64,000 nt of DNA from Amphiscolops sp. MND2022 (Eukaryota): contig OZ076409.1 of NCBI GenBank assembly GCA_964187785.1, forward strand, positions 2,668,001 to 2,732,000. The letters are read 5' to 3'. The translations under genes were made by a program, and so were the position numbers. Positions within the stretch are counted from its first letter, which is position 1. Each line of letters opens with the position of its first letter. Positions 50,675 to 62,202 of the stretch are shown one piece after another. The notes below the pieces were generated by a model. The model was not told the DNA's origin. It did not search any database and saw nothing but the letters and a program-made list of their open reading frames with translations.

Positions 50675-50782
50675 CTTCGTTAGCCGGCCAGGCGAGAAAA
50701 GATGGAGAGAATTCGATCCCAGCTGCGTCGCAAATGGCCTTCACAGCTTTCGCTGCGCCTTCTTTTGTCGCCAACGAACTTC
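50675..50782 (-). CDS. Sulfotransferase-like gene, exon 4
   Basis: ttacag acceptor; KAICDAAGIEFSPSFLAW motif; needs a GC donor at 50674. Confidence 0.75.
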
Positions 50783-52115
50783 CTGTAAATGAAAATTATG
50801 AGCGAAAGAAAGAGTTGAAAAAACTCGGAACTGTTAAATCTGAAGTTATCTCAGAATATATGTGAAAAGTGATAAAAATTGCGTTTTTCAACAAATTGCA
50901 AGCAAAAAAACTTCCACCAAAAAAATTCCAGCACTCGCTGACTATTTGTTTGCGTGATGTTATAGCGTCTGTGGTTACAAAATTTGAGGCATTTCCGACA
51001 AAAACCCATAAAATTTTGCGGGGAATTCGGTTTTGATTTCCTTGATGTTGCTGTGAAAACCCACCTAAGTTTTGAGAAAAACTAGTAAATACCTGGAGAA
51101 ATAGCATTGCATCACGATAATTTTTAGAATTAATGATTTTTCATGAAACTCCCAAAATCATGCTAAAAGTGCTTGGTAGCCTATAAAATCTTGTAAAAGT
51201 TTGAAGCAGTTTCAACTAGTGTTATGAAAGCTATTGTTTCTTAAAAAACTTGTTTCAACTTTAAATCTCCTTGAACATTCCAATGTAAATTATTTGGTTG
51301 TATTATTAAACGTAGCTTTTGTGGTTCATTATCTATGGATGGTTAAGTATGGGAAATGATAGACAATACAAATGGATGACGTCATTTTACAATTATGTTT
51401 TCGCAAATGAATGTAAAAAAACCGTTTGATGCCATTTTTGATCTATTCGGAATTAATGAGTAGTTTGTTATTTTTTGGACACTAGTTTAGCTTAGCTCGT
51501 AACATGTCTCATTTATCGCCTTTGCAGCGTTTTCCGACTGATAGGCTGCAGTAATCATATTCATTAACAATTTTTTAAACGAAATGGACTTTTTCCAAAG
51601 CACAGCTAAATGCAGTCAAAAGTTTCCAAGCTGCAGGGAAGTTTCATAACACTTTTCTCTGCACGGTTCCTGAAATTTCCGTCTTTCATTCAGAATTTGC
51701 CTGCATGCATACGTTTGTTTCACCAGGAATGAGTTTTGATCTGGTCATTTTGAAAAGTTCATCGAATCTAGGAAAAGTCAAAAACAACTGGTCGAAAATA
51801 ATAGTGTAGTGGAAAACTCGTCGAAAAGCAACTCGTCGAAAATTCTTCGATGGTGAGCTAGGCGAAAGTACAGAAAATTGTCTCAAAAAAATATTGTGCT
51901 AACTTTGATCGTAGTACTGTGTTATGAAGTTCTGTTACGAAGTATTGCATTTCAAGCAACTATATAACCTGAAAAACTAAATCGTGAAACTTTCACGCAG
52001 ATTTTGGGAAAATTAACCCATAATTAGCACTGGGTAGTACCTGTGGGTAATCTGTAACTTTTCGACGAATTGATTTTTGTCCAGTTTTCCGCCCTTTAAT
52101 TTCGACGAGTTGTTC

Positions 52116-52745
52116 CCGAGAGTTTTCCGCATACCGTGTTTACCCTAGTAGTACTCCCATACATTTCTTGCAAGAATCTTGCAGAAGTGGAACATATCGG
52201 ACATTATATGCCTGCAATAATCTTCCAAGCATCTTACATTTCAGACAAACATGTCAGATTCTGTCAGATCAGACATTTCTTGCAGGTTCAGATCCGTCCA
52301 AGAATTTTGCAAGACAAAGAAATTATGCAAGAGAATATTCGGAATGTACGGTGATTGTTTTTTCAATTTTATACCAAAGTGTTCGAATTGCTTGACCGTT
52401 TTTATATATATAAAAACACGGTCATGCAATTTGAACACTTTGGTATAAAATTGAAAAAACAATCACCGTACATTCCGAACATTCTCGTGCAGAATTTCTT
52501 TGTCTTGCAAGATCCGTCCAAGTATCTTGCAAGAAATGTCTGGACTTACAAGAATCTTACAAAAAACTTCCGAATCTGCAAGAAATGTCTGATCTGACAG
52601 AATCTGACATGTTTGTCTAAAATGTAAGATGCTTGTAAGATTATTTCAGGCAGATAATGTCCGATATGTTCCACTTCTGCAAGATTCTTGCAAGAAATGT
52701 ATGGGAGTTCTACTAGGGTAAACAGGGTATGCGGAAAACTCTCGG
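52116..52745. mobile_element. Foldback/palindromic element (~630 bp)
   Basis: Arms of about 290 bp are near-perfect inverted repeats around a TATATATA centre. Confidence 0.85.
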
Positions 52746-52790
52746 ATTGTATATCAAACAAACAATAAAGGAAGATCAGTTGCGTAGTAC

Positions 52791-52995
52791 CGTCGATGAC
52801 GATCGGCTGTTTGGTGCAGTTGTTTGTCACCCAGTCGATTCCCTGCAGCAGGGCCTTGTAGTGAATGGTGATGTCAGGGTCGTTCAGCTTGACAGCCTCG
52901 TAGTAGTACGTCTGAGAGACCTTCAAGTAGGAAGTAAAGACGTACTTGGGATCTCGAAACAGAAACACGTTCACCGAAGACTCCTTGTCAATGAT
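52791..52995 (-). CDS. Sulfotransferase-like gene, exon 3
   Basis: VFLFRDPKYVFTSY (3'-PB RxP...S motif) and PIVID; tgcag acceptor, gtacta donor. Confidence 0.85.
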
Positions 52996-53038
52996 CTGCA
53001 ATTCAATTGAATAAAACTCAAAAGCTGTCACGCGAGAT

Positions 53039-53196
53039 ATTTTCCGCCCTCATCATTTACCGCCCTGATCATTTACCGCCCTGATCATTTTCCGCCCTGT
53101 TGATTTTCCGCCCTGTTGATTTTCCGCCCTGTTGATTTTCCGCCCTGTTGATTTTCCGCCCTGATCATTTTCCGCCCTGTTGATTTTCCGCCCTGA
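53039..53196. repeat. 16-bp minisatellite, about 10 copies
   Basis: Unit GATTTTCCGCCCTGTT and variants. Confidence 0.85.
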
Positions 53197-54130
53197 TGAT
53201 TCTGATCAAGTTTTGAGTTCGTACTTATAGTTGAATACGATGGGTATTGTTGAACTCGTTCGTTCGTTCGTTCGTTCGTTCAGATGACCATATACGGTCT
53301 GGTGCAAAACTTTTTTCTATCAGTCGCCAATTCGGAGGCGTTTTTACTGCCACTATCCTGCGCGAACTAAGTTATTGATGGGTAAAAAAACCATGGCGGT
53401 TGTAGAGAATCGAACCACTGCTCATCTCTCGTCTTACTCACACAAAGTAGGAATTGAGCCTCTGATTGTAAAAATTGATTTGGACTCGAGACCAAAATTT
53501 CTGAACGAAAAGTATTTTCGCAAACCGTAAAATAAAAGTTGAAAAATTTTAAATGTTGATTACAAACATTTTTCTTCGAAAATTCTGAGACCAAAATACA
53601 AAATTTAGAAACTATGCATATTACAACTGATTTCGTTTCTAACTTATTTTAGTTGAAATTTCGAAAGCTCCTAGATTAGGATTCAGTAGTAAATACAAGT
53701 TGTTGAATGTGATAATACGAAGTTACATACAAAATTGTTTGCAAAACTGATTCTGAAGTGTTTTCACAAATTTAATAATACTCGATCAAGTATTTTTAAT
53801 TACCTCCAAAATCACTCGGGTTTCGAGCTAATTTTATTTTCAGTCCAAATCCTTATTTACAATCAGGGGTGCAATTCATTGATTACAGTGTGGTAGTTTC
53901 AGTGAAAAAAAAAAGAGAAAAAAAGCAACCTCATCGTGTCTTCCTTTGGTTCTGCTTGCTTCATTTTTGTATGCACATATTATGTACAACTTTATTGCGA
54001 TTTGAGATTTGAAGTAAGTATCTTTAGCTTTTTGGTTTGTGCCTAGTTTGTACTTAGACTGTTTTTAGAAAACTCTGTGTTTCCTGACCATTAGTCTTAA
54101 TGCAGAACTACACTGCAAGGTCAAGGTAAA

Positions 54131-54738
54131 AACAAGCCGGGAACGGCATGAGTCGGCGCCATATCTAAGGAGGCTCAAATATAGCAAAAGGACTTGAAAG
54201 TGTCAAGAAAACGTTTTATCCGAACTTTGAAAACGTTACACTTGAACGTTGAAAACGTTACATCTGAACTTTGAAAACGTTGTATCCGAACTTTTAAAAC
54301 GTTACATTTGAACTTTGAAAACGTTACATTTGAACGTTGAAAACGTTGCATTTTAACTTTGAAAACGTTACATCCGTACTTTGAAACGTTACATCTGAAC
54401 TTTGAAAACGTTACATCCGAACTTTGAAACGCTACATCTGAACTTTGAAAACGTTGTATCCGAACTTTTAAAACGTTACATTTGAACGTTGAAAACGTTA
54501 CATTTGAACTTTGAAAACGTTACATCCGAGCTTCGAAACGTTATATCCGAACTTTGAAACGTTATATCCGAACTTTAAAAACGTTACCTGGGAATTTTAT
54601 ACATGCGAAACGTTTTATCCGAACTTTGGAAACGTTCGAACTAAAGAACAAAAAAGTGAACCGTTCAGAGTGAACAGAAAAAAACTACCCACTGTAAAAG
54701 TCGGGCCCGTTTTCTAGGAAAAGCGCCGACTAAAAAAA
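54131..54738 (-). mobile_element. HINE-like repeat with expanded internal 22-23-bp minisatellite
   Basis: Family termini; AAAACGTTACATCTGAACTTTG tandem array at about 54207-54635. Confidence 0.75.
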
Positions 54739-54749
54739 GGAAAGTCAAC

Positions 54750-54909
54750 CTCGTCGTGTCTTCCTTTCAGAGTGAAGATGAACTCTTTCAAGATGGTCAC
54801 TTTGGCGTCGCTCTCTTTGAACTGTTTGAGGACGGAGTTGAAGTTGAATCCAGGCACCACATGCGCTTTCGCCTCCTCGGGAACCAAGTCCGGGTAGTTC
54901 TTCACTATG
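54750..54909 (-). CDS. Sulfotransferase-like gene, exon 2
   Basis: Phase 2 to 0; FNFNSVLKQF...VTILKEF. Confidence 0.75.
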
Positions 54910-56976
54910 CTGATGACGTCACACAGAAAAGGCGAAAAAGAAGTTTATAGTTTCGAACAAATCAGGGATCTCTTTCACTATGTCCCCCTCCGGTACAGCA
55001 AAAAAAGGGGGGGCAAAGTGAAACACTATTAAGTACATGTATTGCACATTCTGATAGCGCAGATACGATCTTATTTAACACCCTGGTTGTAACTGCTTGA
55101 ACTTTTTACAAGTTTTTGTAGGCTACCAAGCTAATTTTTCATGATTTCATAAAATTCTCAAGGAAACGTCCATGCATTAAAACTTCTTTTAAAACTTCGC
55201 TGAAGCAATTTAAAGTTATCAAGCTGCCTAAAAGATGCATCTTAAATTTGGCGGCAATTCCGAGCCGCGACGTTTTGCAGGTTCCATGAAGACGCCGTTC
55301 TAATTTTGAAAACAGCTGAGACCTTCATCAATTTTACCGCAGTTTCAATACAAATAAATTTCAGTCACATTATAAGTTTCAAAGTAGCGTCATATTCAGC
55401 GTGCTTTTTGACTAACGGTGTTTCCATAAGCTACTTACTTGAGAAACTTACGCGTGAAAACAAAGTGATCGCGGAGGTGAAGAAGTGGAAATATTTTCAG
55501 TTTTAACTCAAATAGTGAAAGGTGCATAGTAATCCTACAAAATGTTTCCATGCATGATCCCTGAATTTTCCATGTTTTTTTAAAAATTAGCCGGCATTTT
55601 TTGAAAGTGACCGTAAAACTCCGCGGCAACGTCGACTAGGGCAGCGCTTCTGATTGGCTGAGTGGGGATTTTGATAATAACAGCCAATAAAAAGTGTGGA
55701 TAGTTATGACGAGATCAATTGATTGACAGAATAGCATGAGAGATTAGCCAATAGGAGATGAATATAAATGAACCATAAACATTCTTTTTCTCAAGGGGGG
55801 ACATAGTGTAACGAGTGATAAAGGGGGGACATCCCAAATTAGAATTGGATTTAAAAGGGTCCGACCTGCTATTAGACGAAGTAACACATTAGATGTAGTT
55901 CCAAAAAAATCGAAGTTCCAAAAAACCCTTAGGATCTAACGCCTGAGACCTAATTAACGGTTTTTTAAAAAAGTATCAAAGATGGTTTTAAACAATATCT
56001 CCTGGGTTGCAAAAGTTGGGATAACTGTTGCATTCGCGCTCATTGGCAAAAAATTAGCATCGTTTGAAGCAACTCAAAATTCTTTAGAACTAAACAATTT
56101 CAAGTTCAACCGAAAACACAATGGTGGTTGGAATTTCAGACGTTTCGGTCAATAATTGATCTATTAGACAGTATATGCCTCAATTCGAATTAGTTTTTTG
56201 TTCATCTAACTAAAGTCAACATTTACTTGAAATTGCCACTAAAATTGCCACTAAAAATTGCCACTAAAAATTACCGGAAATGCTATCAGACAGTTCATTG
56301 GAAAACTCTTATAGTCTAGTAAAGTGAACAAATGACTTGGCATTCAAATCTAAAAAACACACTAGAAGGTTGATTTTGGATTTTTTGAACAGGATTAAAG
56401 GACAGTGAATTGAATTGCGGTGAATGAAACAGCAGCGAATTAAAAAACTGCGAATTACATTACATTCTATTTTTGGTTATGTCGAAAATAAATTATTTTA
56501 ATGCATTTTTTGTTCTAAGTAAGAGGATCGGAATCAAAATTTTGAAAATCAGAAAGAAATCCGAAATTATGGCCGATAGGAATGAGTCGGAATTAACGAA
56601 TTCAATTTACCATATATGAGACATAACTACACTATCGTGATTAAAAACAAATAATTAACTTATTAACAACCTTCTAATTAAAAATTGTTATAATATTTAT
56701 TTACTGCTCATGACATACCTAAACGTTCTTGCTGGCGAAATGCTGATTTACAAAGAAAGGGGCGCCGTTTAGGCTGTATGACTCGGACTTTCTTGTTCCA
56801 TGAGTCACCGTAAGGTTGATTTTCGGACAATGCCCATCAGTTTTTAGGAGTCGAAAAAAATTTCGACTACCTTTTTTTCAAATCATACCTTTTTTCTCCC
56901 GACCTTTCAATGGAAATTTCAAGTTTCTCAAAAACTGTCCATACGAATTTTACAAGATTTAGTACAGTCGTTCTAT

Positions 56977-57624
56977 CCCAGGTTAACCATCATGGCTAAT
57001 TCATGGATATTCGTCCATGATTCATCAATGATTCATCCATGATTCATGGATCGCCATGTCATGAATCATTCCATGATCTTGGAAAGATATCCATGATTCA
57101 TGGATGATTCATGGATGGAAACGCATGATTCATGGATTAAATCCACAACGCCGAGGATGATCATCGATGCAAATTAATGCGAAGGTCCAGTTTTTGAACT
57201 GGCCGTTAAACTGGATATACCAGATTCGATGAGTTATGAAAAGAATAGTACCATAAAATCTAGTTTTTGGATTGATAAATTCCGAAAAGACCCTGAAAAG
57301 TGATGAAAACACCTAAAAAGAGCACAAATTAGGTGGATATCATGGGATTTGACATCCATCGAAACAAACAAATCAAATAAACCTCAGACCTCGGTTTATG
57401 AGAACCGACACGCACAGAAAATTTTGCCTAATTTGAACATTTGAACGAATTTTTCAACATAGTAAATCATGGATGAATCATGGATGACAATCATGGATGA
57501 AAATCCATGAAGCGTCACTCTGCCATGGATCATCGATGTTTTTCCATGAATAAGTATGTATTGTGTTGAAAAATCCATGATCATGGATGAATATCCATGA
57601 AATAGCCATGATGGTCAACCTGGG
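56977..57624. mobile_element. MITE with 11-bp subterminal repeats
   Basis: TIR CCCAGGTT(A/G)ACCATCATGGCTA; many ATTCATGGATG-like repeats. Confidence 0.8.
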
Positions 57625-57918
57625 ACACCATTGCGTGCGCAATGGCATTAAAATTGTAAAACGGGAATCTAAGAAACACCCGAAATTAGCCCAAAAATGA
57701 CCAGAAACAGCCATTTTCGTTTTTCTCAAAACCTGTCATTACGATTCGAACGAAGTTTTTCCCAATCATTCTACTCCATATTAGGGTTCTATTTGTGCAA
57801 TGATATCAAAGTCGTATGACTGGGGTCTGAGAAACATTGCCAAAATTAGACCAAAAATGACCAAAACCCGGTCTGACAATCATAATAATCTTCTTTATCA
57901 TTCATTCTTTCAACTCAC

Positions 57919-58058
57919 CTGTCTTCATCGCCCAGGTAGAATGCGTAGAGGAAGTTCTCGAAAAAGGTCTTGGAATCGGGAATCTGGGAGAGACATCTGA
58001 TCAGGGCTGTGGATCGGGATCTGGGAACGAACCAGACGTTGATCTGCTTTTGCGCCAT
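57919..58058 (-). CDS. Sulfotransferase-like gene, exon 1
   Basis: MAQKQINVWFVPRSRSTALIRCLSQ (5'-PSB loop PRSxST); gtgagt donor. Five exons total 834 nt = 277 aa plus stop. Confidence 0.85.
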
Positions 58059-58976
58059 TGCCACACTTCAGCTTAGTGTGCACGTTTAGTTGTAATGGAA
58101 TGACTGGTTGCTTCTGTTCAAGTTTTGATTTTGAAGAATTTCATTGGAATCAAAACGTTTTCAAACAGCGTTTAGCTGTTTGATAATTTAGTTTAGAAAG
58201 AAAAAGAGTTTGGAACATCAATGTCAGCGGAAAACCGACGGATCCATGCACACAACTAAATGTTCGAAATGGTAAGTTTGACGACTTTTTTAAGCGGTTA
58301 CCAGGTACCGCGTTTTTGAGTTCAACTTCGAATGATTTCAGTACTCTTCATTTTCTTCGATTTGTAGCTGAGGGTCATTTACTGGAGGGGCAAATACTCT
58401 TATCATTGCAATTTTAGGTGTATTTGTTTGCGATTATCGTGTTTCCTGAACACTGATTTTTTATCGTTGCGCATTTTTCCGTTCTTAACGCAAACAAAGT
58501 TCTCGGCAATCTTTATATTTCTTTCCATTGTCCACTCTCGTATCTGCAGGTAATCAATCATTGAATCCGTTCTACTTTCCAAGTTCCCTGAAATCATTTG
58601 GAGAACAGACTGTGTGTTTAATGTGATTTCTTCTACGAAAATTTCGAACATTTCACTTTTGAATGCCGTTCGCGGATCCGTTTCCACCCAATTTGGATAT
58701 ACATGCATTGATTTATACTCTGCTAAACCTTCTAGAACCCTGTATGTGTTACAACCTTAGTTGTTATCTACCATATCATAAGCTGGTTTGTCATGTGCAG
58801 CGTTTTGAAACAGCAGCAGAAACGACGTCTAACAAAACTTCATCATTCGGTTTTTTGTCGGCGCTTCATGAAGCGAAACGCGACTATACTAGTAATTTTT
58901 TTTGAATCCACACGAACTGACCAAAATGGATCTTAAAGGTTCTACGATAATTTAAGGTGTCATATTGGACCATTAG

Positions 58977-59642
58977 ATTACCAGAAATTTCGTCGGCGGA
59001 AATTTCGTCGTCAGAAATTTCGTCGCAAGAAATTTCGTCGTCAGAAATTTCGTCGTCGGAAATTTCGTCGTCGGTGATTACGTTCTATAAAACGTTGCAT
59101 TTTCTTTAATCTATTAGGAATCGTCTTATTATTGAGTCTTAATAATTATCAATAATTGTGCAATAATTACTATCATTGACTACTTTTTGTTATGGTTTTG
59201 AGAAAAAAAGTTTCGGACCTTATAGCTCCCCATATACACCTTGTTTGTTATCCCCCCAACACGAAGTTGTTCCGACACTTAAAGCAAAAATTTCCATTAC
59301 CAGAGGATTTTTTGATAAATTTCTGACAAATAAGTAAAAATTCCTCCAGGAGCAAGCTTGAATTGTATTGTAAAGCCCCGGTAAAGTTTCACCGGTAGGA
59401 CTGAAAATATACCATTGCTTAATAAGCGTCTTGATGAGTTGATTGAATGCAATTAACTTTTTGACTCAATTTTGGTGTCAAAATGAAACTTGTTCTTAAG
59501 ATCTCATTTTAATAATTAAGTAATTGTATAATTCAAATGATATCTTTTGGTGAACGCTGTTATTCTAATCAATAAGACGAAATTTCTGACGACGAATTTT
59601 CTGATGACGAATTTTCTGGCGACGAAATTTCCGCCTCCCGAT
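58977..59642. mobile_element. MITE-like element with inverted 15-bp tandem arrays
   Basis: GAAATTTCGTCGTCA about x6 on the left, reverse complement about x4 on the right; CATTAG on both flanks. Confidence 0.55.
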
Positions 59643-60689
59643 CATTAGGCCCAAGGAACTTAACCCAAAGAGTTGTTCCTTTTTTTCCAGCGCTACATAC
59701 AAACCGGGCGTTTCTAAAGTCCCCTTTCCAGTTTTTTCTACAATGAGACTTTTCGAAGATTTTTTCACCAAAGGGACCCCCTTTATTTTGTTGGATGTTT
59801 TGCGACCGAATTAATGTTGGAGCATCCCAAAGGGTCCCTTTTCAGTTCTTTTTCGGCATTGCGACTTTTTTCTTGAAAGTTTTAATGACTTCAAAGGGTC
59901 CCCCTTCAATTTTTTCAATGTTTTGCGTGAGAAATGTCAAAAAATCCGAAATGGTTTTCACTGGCGCGCTAATTCGGTCCATTTTTTTGGGTTTTTCGGG
60001 TACTGTAAAAGAGAATACTTGACATAATTGGGTTCTTTAGCAATTTTTGAGCCTTAGATATGGCATCGATTTATGTCGTTTCTGGCTAGTTCTGCTACTG
60101 GTAATTTTCCCAATTCTTTTTGAGATTTTCAACGTTTTGAAATTTTATCTGCCTGGCAATATTGGGGTAGTTGTTAGAATATTAGAATCACTGCATTGAG
60201 CCCTGTGTTCCAAATTTACAATTTTGAGGCTTAGATATGGCGCCGACTTTGGCCGTTCTCGGCTTGTTGTTCATTTATTCGGTATAACCAAACGTTCGGC
60301 AAGCTAAAGTAAATATTGCCATATAAAGTAAAGGAATTGAATTTGTATTCGTGTGCCCTTCCAAGTATGGTGTCTGGGCTGTGACCTCCTTCTGCAAGTT
60401 TTTCTACAAATTCGCGACTCGATGATATATCTACCACTTTCTGCTTGCTCGACGTTCTTGGCTGTTTCGCTAATACTACCAAGTTTATCAAAATTGCGGT
60501 TTGTCCTTTCATGGCCACTCTGCTTGAGTACCGTCTCTTAGATACTCTCGCCTCAGTTTGTGCTTGGTTATTTTCCGCCCCCACAATTTATTGTGTAGAG
60601 GGGGATAATCATCATCTGTGTTGCATTTTTCCAAATTCTGCCAAATATTCATGCTAGTTGCTCTCTCAATTAACTACTATTTGAGTTAC

Positions 60690-60752
60690 GATGGTTCAGT
60701 GTGTAGTGCACCCGGCTATCAATCAGTAGATAGTGGGTTCGAATCTCCCTTC
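60690..60752 (+). other. tRNA-derived SINE-like head
   Basis: A-box-like TGGTTCAGTGTG and B-box GGTTCGAATCT; no complete cloverleaf. Confidence 0.4.
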
Positions 60753-62202
60753 ACCGAATTTTTTTGAAAAGGAGGAAAATATCCCGGTGGTTAGCCGGCG
60801 TCTTGTTGGTTGGCTCACTTTTGAAATTGATTAGCTACCTTCTTTTTGCGTAAATTACTTCGTCTAATTCTGTGGTGAATGCAATATTACATTGATTATA
60901 AACCAATTTATCTTTGGACAGATGGATACATGCTTTGTCAAGTAATCTACCATTGCCAAAATTTTTCCCAGAGTAGGACTAACGAAAAATCAAACATCTG
61001 TTGTATTAGCCATTTCACGCATCTTTTTAATGTACCAGAGGACTTTCGTTTCTTCGTTTGCTTTCAATACTTTTCCATTTTTTTTGGCTGAAACAATTTC
61101 TAATTCAATGAAATAAGATTTAGTAATTTTGAATGATTTTTGAAATGTTCTACCAACCACTCGCCTGTTAACAATTCCACTTCAATAATGTAGTATTGTG
61201 ACTCAAACTCTGCTGAAAAGCTTGATGCGTACGCAATAGGTTTTCAAATGTTTTGTTCCAATTGCTGTTTCGCTGTCATTGATTGTTGTTTCCATGTGTC
61301 ACATTATTCACAAAGGTCAATTTCCTCTGAAATGTTTGACCTCAATAAGATTTCTGACTTCGTTAAAAACATTTTCGAACGCCTTTTAATGCTCGTCGCA
61401 CAATTTCCACATTGGGCCTTTCTTAAGAATGTTAGAATCCTAGAAGTCTTAAGAATCGAATTCTAGCCGCACTATTTGTTCATACCCAAACATTCTCTTT
61501 CCTGTCTTTAACAAAAGCGTTGTCTTCCAAAATCCCTTCGTTACAATTAAAATAGGGTCAAAAAACAATCATTTCTCTAAATTCAGCTAATAATTTTTTT
61601 TCGATATTTTTTGTATTTTTGTCGACATAAGTGTACCATATTTCTGAAAGGGGCTCTATATTGAGATAAGATTGAGATTGTAAAACTGAATAAATGAAGA
61701 AATAAAGCAGATTAAAACAGAAATAAAGAAACTCTTTTCTAAGGAAAAATAAATGTCGCTTTCCAGGTTATCCAGCACTAAACTGACTATCAAGCTGTTT
61801 CTGTAAAAATAGAAAAAAAATGCACTTTGTAACAAAAAGTATGAATTGTTGGAAAGTTCATCAACAGCAAAGGTTCAAATTTTAAATTTAGTTAGACAAT
61901 GGTGGTAACTTGGTTGAGAAATTCTCTCGCATTCTTCAGAATCAAAACGTTTCGTGGGCAACTTAATCCGGTACGCAAGAAATGAGGCGATGCTAAATTG
62001 TGTACGACCTTAACCTTCAATGCGCTGAGTTGGTAGTTGAAACAAACGAACCCAAACTTCACATTGAGGATTGCTGAGCCTCAGATAAAACTCACGTTGG
62101 TTCAGATAAAGATTAGAAAGTTATTCTAAATCTTTAGCATGCTGTTCATTCCATTGAGGGTGTATTTGTTCCAATAAAACAGATTAGAGGTGAACTTAAA
62201 GT

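Noticed and set aside
60690..60760. Functional tRNA gene
   Set aside because: A and B boxes are present but the acceptor and anticodon stems do not pair convincingly.
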